Of a DNA stretch of 39,275 bases, positions 26,477 through 33,609 are shown in pieces. Below the pieces are notes generated by a model. The model was not told the origin of the DNA and made no database searches. It saw nothing but the letters and a program-made list of their open reading frames with translations. Position numbers and translations under genes: made by a program. The number at the start of each line of letters is the position of its first letter. The first letter of the stretch is position 1. This stretch comes from a virus (Duplodnaviria > Caudoviricetes), in IMG/VR virus record IMGVR_UViG_3300031566_000154, positions 1-39,275 of that record. The stretch is one strand, 5' to 3'.

Positions 26477-26725
26477 TCATTCCCCCTTCTCGCGCCGGAG
26501 CGCGGCGCGGGCGCGCAGCCGCTCGTCACAGAACGCCGCGATGTCGCGCAGGCAGTCCGACGCGTAATCCGTCCCCTCGATGGGCACGAACACATAGCAG
26601 CGCCATCCGGCGTAGAACTCGACGCGGCCCAAGGGGCTGTTGTGCCGGATGTTGCTCACGAGATAGATGTCGGTCTCGGCCTCCTCGCCCTCGAACTGAA
26701 TGTAGCGGCACTTCTTGATGATCAC
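26477..26725 (-). CDS. Conserved small phage protein
   Basis: YIQF..LGRVEFYAGWRCYVF..DCLRDIAAF. Confidence 0.7.
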   Translation of the reverse strand: MIIKKCRYIQFEGEEAETDIYLVSNIRHNSPLGRVEFYAGWRCYVFVPIEGTDYASDCLRDIAAFCDERLRARAALRREKGE

Positions 26726-26760
26726 GACGCACCCCCTTTCGCCGCGAAGGACAGGGCCAT
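26722..26760 (-). CDS. 12-aa mini-ORF MALSFAAKGGAS
   Basis: Own AAGGGGG RBS; exactly fills the gap between the dnaC-like stop and the next start (GTGA overlap). Confidence 0.5.
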   Translation of the reverse strand: MALSFAAKGGAS

Positions 26761-26761
26761 G

Positions 26762-27385
26762 TCAGTCCCCCTTGAGTCTCTTGTCCTCGCCCCCGAAGTA
26801 GACCCTGGGCTGGGTCAGGAGGCGACTCGCCAGCCGAGGGTTGCGTTCCCCAAGCTCTTGTGGCGTGAGGTTCGTGGTCGTGATGATGGGCTTGTTGGCC
26901 TCAATGCGCCCGTCCACGACCAGGTAGAGCATCTCGTCTACCCAGTCTGTGACTTTTTCCGCCCCGAGATCGTCCAGGACAAGTAGGCCAGGGCAGATGA
27001 GCTCCCGCACTGAGTCCGGTGTGTGCTTCTGCTTGAACTTCTGTCGGCAGTCGTAGAGCCACAGGGGGACCTTGACCCAGCGCGCGTCAAACGCAAAGGC
27101 AGCGACCGGACACCCGGCGTCTGCCAGAGGATTGTAACGTGTGTGGCCATACCCGAGGATGCGGCCGTAGAGGATGGCCGCGGCGGCGTGAGACTTCCCG
27201 CCTCCCGTCGGGCCGTAGAAGAAGCCGCCGCCCGCCAACAGCGCCTCCTGGAAGCGACGGTGGTCGATCTGATCAGGCCGAGCCTTGAGGAACAGGTCGG
27301 GGACGCCGACTGCGGAGAGCAGAACTTCACGCTCCGCCTCGGTCGGCCGCCTCGAGTTCTCCGAGGCGTTGTTGTCGTTCGGCAT
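26762..27385 (-). CDS. DnaC/IstB-like helicase loader ATPase
   Basis: Walker A GPTGGGKSH, Walker B LLVLDDLGAE, IITTTN, RLASRL; follows the initiator. Confidence 0.85.
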   Translation of the reverse strand: MPNDNNASENSRRPTEAEREVLLSAVGVPDLFLKARPDQIDHRRFQEALLAGGGFFYGPTGGGKSHAAAAILYGRILGYGHTRYNPLADAGCPVAAFAFDARWVKVPLWLYDCRQKFKQKHTPDSVRELICPGLLVLDDLGAEKVTDWVDEMLYLVVDGRIEANKPIITTTNLTPQELGERNPRLASRLLTQPRVYFGGEDKRLKGD

Positions 27386-28226
27386 CGCCTCCTGGGCGGG
27401 ATCGCTTGCTCGATCGTCCATCGGCGTAGAAGCCCTCCATAAGTTTGGGGACAGTGTTCGGCCGCGCGAACCACTCGAAGTTCGCGCGCCAGTTGCGATC
27501 GTTCTGGCCCAAGCAGAACGAGGACTGCGGGATCAGGTCGAGCGCCTTGCGCCAGTTCTCCCGCCAGAACGGAGACGTCCAGCGCGCGTGGAGCGATCGC
27601 TGGCGCTCGCTGGTCAGGCTCTTGACCTGTGACAGCGCGTGGATTTCGGCCAGGTGATTCCACGCTTCGATGATCTCGGCAGAGGGGCAGGCGGTCGTCG
27701 CGCCTCGCGGCGACAACCCCTTGGACGGGGTACACTCAGATCCTTTCGGGGTAGACTCTGGAGAAGAAGGAGACTCCGGACATGACTCTGACTCTGACTC
27801 TGACTCTCCCGGTAACGGACCGGCAACGCGGCCGGTAACATTGTGGTCACGCTTCCGGTCCCTGTATCGCTTTTGCTTGCTAGCACAGCGTTTACGCTCG
27901 CGGGTTTCCCGGTAACGCCGGCGCGAAATGATGGTAACGTTCTGGTCACGCGTTACTTCGCCGTCACAGACGCCGCGCGCGATCAACTCCTCGATGATCG
28001 CCTGCGCGGCCTCTGCTGGCAGGTGCCATACCCCTGCGAGATCTGCTACGCTAGAGCGGTAGATCCAGTTCTCCTCTCCGCTCTGCCACATTCGGCCCAG
28101 GAGATCGTGCCAGCAGCCCCACAACTCCGGGCGACCCTCCAAGAGCCGGACTTCCCCGAACCAGGCGGACCAGTACCACTGCTCGTAGGGCAGGCGCGAC
28201 AGAGTGGTCGAGTACTCGTCAGCCAC
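27327..28226 (-). CDS. Phage replication initiator (DUF1376/YdaU-like N-terminus)
   Basis: LPYEQWYWSAW..G..DLL..MW N-terminus, basic linker, ESESES repeat, C-terminal SFCLGQNDRNWRANFEWF..K..EG.Y; upstream of the loader. Confidence 0.8.
   Translation of the reverse strand: MADEYSTTLSRLPYEQWYWSAWFGEVRLLEGRPELWGCWHDLLGRMWQSGEENWIYRSSVADLAGVWHLPAEAAQAIIEELIARGVCDGEVTRDQNVTIISRRRYRETRERKRCASKQKRYRDRKRDHNVTGRVAGPLPGESESESESCPESPSSPESTPKGSECTPSKGLSPRGATTACPSAEIIEAWNHLAEIHALSQVKSLTSERQRSLHARWTSPFWRENWRKALDLIPQSSFCLGQNDRNWRANFEWFARPNTVPKLMEGFYADGRSSKRSRPGGDAERQQRLGELEAADRGGA
27783..27957. promoter_or_regulatory. Putative replication origin (iterons inside the initiator gene)
   Basis: Seven GGTAAC-like repeats at 27809, 27820, 27832, 27844, 27909, 27932, 27943 plus (TGACTC)x4. 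Confidence 0.65.
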
Positions 28227-28257
28227 GGGGCTCCCCCAATCGCGTTCGACCGATGAT

Positions 28258-28321
28258 CCGGCCCCCCCGTGGCAGACCTGAGTGGCCCGAAGTACTCAGG
28301 ATCCGCCACGGGCAGGGCCGG
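28258..28321. other. Long imperfect intergenic hairpin upstream of the initiator
   Basis: CCGGCC..CCCGTGGCAGACCTGAGT / ACTCAGGATCCGCCACGGG..GGCCGG. Confidence 0.6.
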
Positions 28322-28334
28322 TGGGCGGACGCCC

Positions 28335-29537
28335 CTAGTTGGACTTCGCTGCGGCTTGCGCGTCGTCGCAGGCCTGGGTCACCTCGTCAAGCAGGGCGGC
28401 GAGCGCCTTCTCGTCGGTGCAGGCGGAGACCGGGCCGCGCAGGCGGGTGAAGGTGAGCTTGTCGAAGTCGACGCCGAGCTTCAGCGCGTGCGGCTTGAGG
28501 CGCATGACGAGCAGGCGCAGCTCGACAGTCGTAGGCTTGACCGATTCGTTGTCCGGCGGAGCCGGCTCCGCCGGTGGCTCGGGCGCGCTGGCGGCCTTCT
28601 CGTCTGTGCTCGGCGGGCTCTGACCCTCCGCCGCCGTCTTGTCCTTCTTCCGCAGGCGCCGCTTGAGCTTGTGGGTGCGCGTGCCCTTGTCGTCTTGCTG
28701 GGTGGCGTCGGAGCCGGCTTGTGCGAGGTCGAAGAACTCCTCGCGCCGAGTCTCGCCGTCGCGGATGCCGACGTAGATTTTCCGCAGGCTGACCAGCTCC
28801 CGCTCAATGGTGGCGTCCAAGGCGTGGCCCAGGTGGCCCTCCAGCATGGTGATGGTGACGCCGAGCGTCCCGAAGCTGTCGGCCATCGCCCGCACCCTGT
28901 CGATCAGCGGTCCCGCCTGGCCCTTCGTCGCCACCGTGTGCTTGCAGGCTTGCGTCGCTTCGTCCACGATGTCGCTCGGGACCAGCGCCAGGATGCAGGA
29001 CCGGACGCGCCGCTGGGCCATGTTCGCGTTGTTCTCGTAGATGTCGCGGGGGTCGGTCAGGCGGTAGCTGCCGGCCTTGGTATGCCGCTCGTGTTTGACC
29101 GAGAAGGTTCTGCTGGAATAGGCGTTGGTCTGCCGGTCCCACGCCTCCGCCTTGATCACCGTGGAGTCCCTGCGGGTCTCGACCTCAGCGAAGCCCCAGG
29201 CGATGTGCCCGAGCTCGCGGGCCAGCATCTCGGCCAGGCGGATCGAGGCACCGCCGACGAGCTCAGTGCCGCGCTTGTAGGAGTACAGGGCGTTCTCGGC
29301 CAGGCGGAGCCGGCTGCAGTTCGTCAGGATCCGCTGGCGGGCCACTTCGATGTCGCGGGGGAACCTCTGGGCCACCAGGAGGGCGGCCTGTGTTTCCGCC
29401 ACGGTGCGGGCGACGGCGACGTCCACGCCGAAGGCGCCGCCCACGGAGATCGCGGGTGCGAAGGTCGGCGCGTCTTGTCGGGTAGCAGGAAGCGATTCCG
29501 GGTCCTGCCCCTGAGGTGTGTTTATCTTCTCTGCCAT
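28335..29537 (-). CDS. Putative single-strand annealing / recombination protein
   Basis: AETQAALLVAQRFPRD..C..LAENALYSYKRG..GASIRLAE family motif; sits near yqaJ; function is inferred from position. Confidence 0.55.
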   Translation of the reverse strand: MAEKINTPQGQDPESLPATRQDAPTFAPAISVGGAFGVDVAVARTVAETQAALLVAQRFPRDIEVARQRILTNCSRLRLAENALYSYKRGTELVGGASIRLAEMLARELGHIAWGFAEVETRRDSTVIKAEAWDRQTNAYSSRTFSVKHERHTKAGSYRLTDPRDIYENNANMAQRRVRSCILALVPSDIVDEATQACKHTVATKGQAGPLIDRVRAMADSFGTLGVTITMLEGHLGHALDATIERELVSLRKIYVGIRDGETRREEFFDLAQAGSDATQQDDKGTRTHKLKRRLRKKDKTAAEGQSPPSTDEKAASAPEPPAEPAPPDNESVKPTTVELRLLVMRLKPHALKLGVDFDKLTFTRLRGPVSACTDEKALAALLDEVTQACDDAQAAAKSN

Positions 29538-29569
29538 AGGTCACTGTCCTTCTGTTGGTTGTCTCGAAC

Positions 29570-29631
29570 TGCCGGCGGCGGACACGTCCGAGGGATCCAA
29601 GCAGTGGGCCTCGTAACGGCCGCCGCCGGCA
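29570..29631. other. Long intergenic hairpin upstream of the putative annealase
   Basis: TGCCGGCGGCGG / CCGCCGCCGGCA 12-bp basal stem with further internal pairing. Confidence 0.6.
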
Positions 29632-29637
29632 CACAGA

Positions 29638-29871
29638 TCAGTCTTGCGCCTGGGCCTGCGGCTCCTTCTCATCGAACAGCCCTGGATGGTCGCTGTCCGA
29701 CTCGCCGCCCCTGCACGGCTCGAAGTGCGCCTCGGCTGGCTGTCCGGGCGTGTCCACGACGCGCATGAACTCCTGGTCGAAGCTCTTCCCGCAGTGAGGG
29801 CAGATGATTGCCTCCAGCAGGTGCTTCTTGGCCTGCTTGCCCTGCTTGCCCTTCTTGCCTTCCTTGCCCAT
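29638..29871 (-). CDS. Small protein with Lys-rich N-terminus and CPHC
   Basis: GAAAGGAG RBS. Confidence 0.65.
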   Translation of the reverse strand: MGKEGKKGKQGKQAKKHLLEAIICPHCGKSFDQEFMRVVDTPGQPAEAHFEPCRGGESDSDHPGLFDEKEPQAQAQD

Positions 29872-29895
29872 ACGCGACTCCTTTCGTTCTCCCCG

Positions 29896-30876
29896 TTACG
29901 TTGCCCACCGCGGCAGGAAGCGCCGGCTCCCCGGCTTGGTGGTGGTGTGACTCGCGTGAATCTCCGTGATGATCTGATCTGCTCGATCTTTGTCACCGAT
30001 GCGGATCGCCAGTTCCCTGCCGAGTTCTGCAATCACGGCGTCCTTGTCGACGGCAGTCGAGTCCTTGCTCGACTTCCAGGTGATCCGGCCGAAGGGGCCA
30101 ATCAGGCCTTCCGTCTGGCCCATCGCCACCATGAGCTTGCTCTTAAGCGCGTCGTGTTTCTCCTTGCCCTCGTCGAGGAGGATCGCCGCCTGCCGCAGAG
30201 CCTCGGCCACCACGCACTCGTCGGCGGTCGCCGTGCGGATCTCCGCGATGCTCTTGGGGTAGAGCCTCCGGATCATCTGCTGGGTCTGCTCGCTGCCGCC
30301 CGGGTCGGGCGCAACCCCGCCGAGCACATGCCTTGCCCAGAAGTTCGCCGCGACCGTCATCATGATCTCGGCGAGTTCCTTGTCGGCCGTCAGGGTGTAT
30401 TCCCGGTACTCCTGGCCGCCCAGGAGCGCGGCCACGTCCCAGGTCTGGAGTCCCGTCAGGATCATGTACCACTGGCATTGCAGCAGATACTCCTCCGGGA
30501 TCTCGTCGCCCGACTCACCCCAGAAGCGGGCGGCGCGGAGCCCGGCGGTCTTGACCTCGACGCCACGGTGGGGCCCGCGGGCCTGGTGATCCTCGCTGTC
30601 GTACACCAGGCCGTCCGGGGTACCGACGATGTAGGGGATGCTCTTGTGGCGCAGGTGGCCCGGCTTGTCGAGGAACCAGCCGGGATGCTGCCGGCAGTAG
30701 AAGTGCCCGACGACGGGCTCGAGGATGATGCCCCAGGTCATGGCGTCGTTGGGCGGCTCCTCGGGCGGCGCCTGGCCCAAGAGCTTGGCCCAGACGTCGA
30801 AGGCGGACTTCCACTTGCTGACGCCCAGGACGGCGGCGATGTCGCTGCCGCCGATCCCGTCACGCACGAGATGCAT
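29896..30876 (-). CDS. yqaJ: YqaJ-like viral recombinase exonuclease
   Basis: GIGGSDIAAVLGVSKWKS, WGIILEP, GTPDG, EVKT, YLLQCQWYM. Confidence 0.92.
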   Translation of the reverse strand: MHLVRDGIGGSDIAAVLGVSKWKSAFDVWAKLLGQAPPEEPPNDAMTWGIILEPVVGHFYCRQHPGWFLDKPGHLRHKSIPYIVGTPDGLVYDSEDHQARGPHRGVEVKTAGLRAARFWGESGDEIPEEYLLQCQWYMILTGLQTWDVAALLGGQEYREYTLTADKELAEIMMTVAANFWARHVLGGVAPDPGGSEQTQQMIRRLYPKSIAEIRTATADECVVAEALRQAAILLDEGKEKHDALKSKLMVAMGQTEGLIGPFGRITWKSSKDSTAVDKDAVIAELGRELAIRIGDKDRADQIITEIHASHTTTKPGSRRFLPRWAT

Positions 30877-31011
30877 GTCACACTCCTTTCCGCCCTCCGT
30901 ATGGCCAAAGGTCTTACCCTACCAGCACCGGGCAGCTAGCTACGAAACGTCCCCGCAGATTGATTCTCCCTATCGGCTCGTGTCGGGAGATGCGCTCTCC
31001 GTGGTCTCTGA

Positions 31012-31215
31012 TCACGACTCAGCGGTAAAGGTCCGCCTCTCCGCAAGGAACTTCTCCAGGTCCCCTCGCCAGTAGGCCAAGTGACGCGAGTCGAGCTTCA
31101 CCCAAGGGAGCCCGTCCAGCCGCCACTGGTACAACGTCGTCCGCTTGACCCCGAGTGCCGCCAGGAGGGCAGGCTCGGGGATCAAGTGTTCCCACGTTCG
31201 CGCGGTTTCGTTCAC
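31012..31215 (-). CDS. Excisionase/AlpA-like HTH protein
   Basis: LLAALGVKRTTLYQWRLDGLPWVKL..YWRGDLEKFL; GGAGGAG RBS. Confidence 0.75.
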   Translation of the reverse strand: MNETARTWEHLIPEPALLAALGVKRTTLYQWRLDGLPWVKLDSRHLAYWRGDLEKFLAERRTFTAES

Positions 31216-31639
31216 AGAGAAACTCCTCCAATGCTTCGATGCAATAGTCCCCGGGCAGGGTAGGCTCGCCGTCCCAATCCCCGGGGATGAAGAGGAACTC
31301 TTCGGCGGCCGCTTTGGGCCTGCTACCCCGTCGTTGCTGCTTGAGGAAGGGCAGCTCTTCCGGCAGAGGCTCCGCGTCGAGGCGGACGCCGGCCAGCCGG
31401 GCGTACAGCTCACCCTCCAACTCGCGGACCCGCGAGACGATGATCGTCAACCAGCAATCGGGGTACATTGCTTCCATCTCTGGCCGTGGCAGGTGGCCGA
31501 ACGCGCGGGAGAGCCACTTCATGGCTCGCCGCCGCGGCACGCTGCCAGAGACGGCATCCGATGGCCCGAGAGCATCCTGATCGCGGAGGGCGGCAAGCAT
31601 CTGCCGGACCCGCACAGGATAGATGGGCTCGCGGTTCAC
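31019..31639 (-). CDS. Hypothetical protein; frame runs through the Xis-like gene
   Basis: GTGA-coupled start VNREPIYP. Confidence 0.5.
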   Translation of the reverse strand: MNREPIYPVRVRQMLAALRDQDALGPSDAVSGSVPRRRAMKWLSRAFGHLPRPEMEAMYPDCWLTIIVSRVRELEGELYARLAGVRLDAEPLPEELPFLKQQRRGSRPKAAAEEFLFIPGDWDGEPTLPGDYCIEALEEFLCERNRANVGTLDPRACPPGGTRGQADDVVPVAAGRAPLGEARLASLGLLARGPGEVPCGEADLYR

Positions 31640-31776
31640 GTCGATGTGCCCTCGGTGCAGCCGTTCCCCGGGCGGCGTGGAAGGTTGAACTTGCGGCAAA
31701 GGCCGATGTCTCCCCGGTACTGGAGGCAGGTGCGGCACTGGGTCATGCCGCTGCGGAGCTTCCGCTGGAGCTTCAC
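31636..31776 (-). CDS. 46-aa Cys-rich peptide (not in ORF track)
   Basis: VKLQRKLRSGMTQCRTCLQYRGDIGLCRKFNLPRRPGNGCTEGTST; GTGA overlaps at both ends. Confidence 0.6.
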   Translation of the reverse strand: MKLQRKLRSGMTQCRTCLQYRGDIGLCRKFNLPRRPGNGCTEGTST

Positions 31777-32042
31777 GCGGGGTCTCCCTGGAGCTCGCCG
31801 CTGGCCCACCATTGCTTGAAGCTGGCCGCGTCAATGCAGGCCGCAGCCTGCGGAGCCTTGGCGGCCAGACGGAACCGGAACTGCTTGACCGTGTGGCCGT
31901 CCACGGTGACAGTGGCAGGCACACGGACCAAACGGCGGATCGTGTCGATCCCTCGGCCGTCCGCGTAGTCGCCCGCCTCCCGGAAGGTCCATTCGTCGTG
32001 GAGACGGTAATCGGGCCTGAGAGTCCGTTGCGTCAAAGCCAT
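31773..32042 (-). CDS. First early gene, possible small DNA-binding (Cro/Xis-like) protein
   Basis: GAGGAG RBS; WTFREAGDY..GIDTIRRLV resembles an HTH; directly behind the leftward promoter. Confidence 0.55.
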   Translation of the reverse strand: MALTQRTLRPDYRLHDEWTFREAGDYADGRGIDTIRRLVRVPATVTVDGHTVKQFRFRLAAKAPQAAACIDAASFKQWWASGELQGDPA

Positions 32043-32085
32043 TGGTCTGCGACTCCTCATTCTGTGACAGGCTGCAAGAATCTAC

Positions 32086-32113
32086 TTGCATTCGCGGGCC
32101 GTTGGTGTATAAT
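32086..32113 (+). promoter_or_regulatory. Rightward (integrase) promoter
   Basis: TTGCAT, 16 bp, TATAAT. Confidence 0.65.
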
Positions 32114-32114
32114 G

Positions 32115-32142
32115 ATTATACAGCAAACGTTTGCAATGTCAA
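32115..32142 (-). promoter_or_regulatory. Leftward early promoter
   Basis: TTGACA (32142-32137), 16 bp, TATAAT (32120-32115), perfect hexamers. Confidence 0.8.
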
Positions 32143-32157
32143 GAGCCAAATTGCAAA
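32130..32157. other. Candidate tyrosine-recombinase core site (attP-like, 11-6-11) or operator
   Basis: TTTGCAATGTC-AAGAGC-CAAATTGCAAA; arms match 9/11 as an inverted repeat; ends 22 bp before the int ATG. Confidence 0.45.
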
Positions 32158-32179
32158 TCGTTCGCAGGAGGCCCGAAAC

Positions 32180-33319
32180 ATGAGCATCCACAAGCTCGAC
32201 CTGAGACACAACCCCATCCCGGAGGGGAGCACTCGGCAGGCGGCCACCCGCCGCACCCGGGGCGAGCAGCACTACCTGTTCGAGTTCCGCTACAACGCCC
32301 CCCCTGACGCCACCGGCAAGCGCCGGCAGTGCCGCACCCGCGTCTGGTTGCCCGACTGGACGGCGGCCGAGGCGCTGGAGCGCGAGCTGCGCGGCGAGGA
32401 ACCCATGGACCTTTTGGCCTGGAACGAGGCGTGGGAGAAGTTCTTCGCCGCCCACCAGTCCAAGCGCAGCGAGGGCCACCTGGAGAACATGGCCCGGGAC
32501 GTGCGCAGCCTCGTCGGATTCCTCGGGAACCTGCCCATCGAGCAGACGCCCCTCGCCCGCTACACCGACTGGCTCCGCTGGCGCGAGGCCCAGGCCTCGG
32601 GCCGCACCGCCCAACTCGCCCGGACCCACACCCTCAAGATGGCCCGCTGGACGCGCAGCCACGGCCTCGTAGAGAGCCTGCCCTTCGAGAATGCCCCAGT
32701 GCCAGAGGCCACGCCCCAACGTCGCACAGCGGCCACGCCAGAGGGCTTCCTGCGGCTTCTGGCAGCCCTACCGTCCTCGATGGCTCCGCTCTGGAAGGCC
32801 CTCGGCTACACGGGCGCCCGGATTTCAGGGATGGCCGCGCTCCAAGAAACCGACGTCGGGCCGTCCTACCTGACCGTGACGACGAAGCGGGGCAAGCGGG
32901 TGAGCTATCTACTCCTGCCCCCTGTCGCAGAGGCGGTCGAGGAGGCCCGGCGGTGGAAGCGGTACCACGGCCATGAGGGGAGCAAGTGGGTCTTCCTCAA
33001 CTCGAAGGGCAGCAAGTGGAGCCACCAGGCATTCGACAAGGCCCTGGCCACCATCCACGAGCGCCACCCCTATCTGCCACGGATCACCCCGCACCAACTC
33101 CGCCACATGTTCGCCACTCTGGCGGCCGCGGCAAACTTCTCGCCCGACATGATCCAGGCCGGGCTGGGACACGACGACCGGCGGAGCGCCGAGAGCTACA
33201 TTCACCATACCCAGGCGATGGGGGACACCGTGGCCGCGACCGTGGGGCAGATCCTCGAGCAGAGCCGGCAGCGCCGACTGGCCCCAACCGGCACCCTCGC
33301 GCTTCCCGAACCGAAGTAG
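32180..33319 (+). CDS. int: Tyrosine recombinase / integrase
   Basis: Intact catalytic set: TGARIS (R), TTKRGK (K), HQLRH (HxxR), LGH, ESYIH (Y); CAGGAGGCCCGA RBS. Confidence 0.92.
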   Translation: MSIHKLDLRHNPIPEGSTRQAATRRTRGEQHYLFEFRYNAPPDATGKRRQCRTRVWLPDWTAAEALERELRGEEPMDLLAWNEAWEKFFAAHQSKRSEGHLENMARDVRSLVGFLGNLPIEQTPLARYTDWLRWREAQASGRTAQLARTHTLKMARWTRSHGLVESLPFENAPVPEATPQRRTAATPEGFLRLLAALPSSMAPLWKALGYTGARISGMAALQETDVGPSYLTVTTKRGKRVSYLLLPPVAEAVEEARRWKRYHGHEGSKWVFLNSKGSKWSHQAFDKALATIHERHPYLPRITPHQLRHMFATLAAAANFSPDMIQAGLGHDDRRSAESYIHHTQAMGDTVAATVGQILEQSRQRRLAPTGTLALPEPK

Positions 33320-33339
33320 AGAAAGGAGAAGGACTTACG

Positions 33340-33609
33340 ATGGCAACTGACACACGCGCGACACTTGACCGCATCGCTGATCTGCTCGGACGAATCACCC
33401 ATACCCGAGTAGGACATTGTGGAACTATGGGAGAAGTCTACTGCCCGCTGCTAGCAAGGCGCGAGATCGACTCCGTGCTGGCAGATGTCAAGAGCCTTCT
33501 CACATCGCTTCAAGCGCCTGCCGGCCCCTCTGAGTCTCCCGCTGCTCCAGCCTCTGACGGAGCCGCTCCCGAAGCTGAGGAGTCCGAGCCCGAGAGGTCA
33601 TCCGACTGA
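33340..33609 (+). CDS. Small hypothetical protein downstream of int
   Basis: GAAAGGAGAAGG RBS, ATG 33340; last 110 bp overlap the large gene antisense. Confidence 0.55.
   Translation: MATDTRATLDRIADLLGRITHTRVGHCGTMGEVYCPLLARREIDSVLADVKSLLTSLQAPAGPSESPAAPASDGAAPEAEESEPERSSD
33485..33496. repeat. Second copy of 12-bp ATGTCAAGAGCC (first at 32136-32147)
   Basis: Exact direct repeat bracketing int. Confidence 0.85.

Noticed and set aside
30880-31011. tRNA fragment or attP next to the Xis-like gene
   Set aside because: Only short hairpins; no T-loop GTTCRA/CCA signature or recognisable arm repeats.
32102-32126. Host dif site or LexA box
   Set aside because: The ATAA/TTAT arms are 3 bp apart rather than 6, there is no XerD arm TTATGTTAAAT, and the spacing fits neither CTGT-N8-ACAG nor GAAC-N4-GTTC.
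32042-32179. 46-aa N-terminal extension of the integrase in the ORF track
   Set aside because: It starts upstream of the int promoter with no RBS; ATG 32180 has the conserved CAGGAGG motif.
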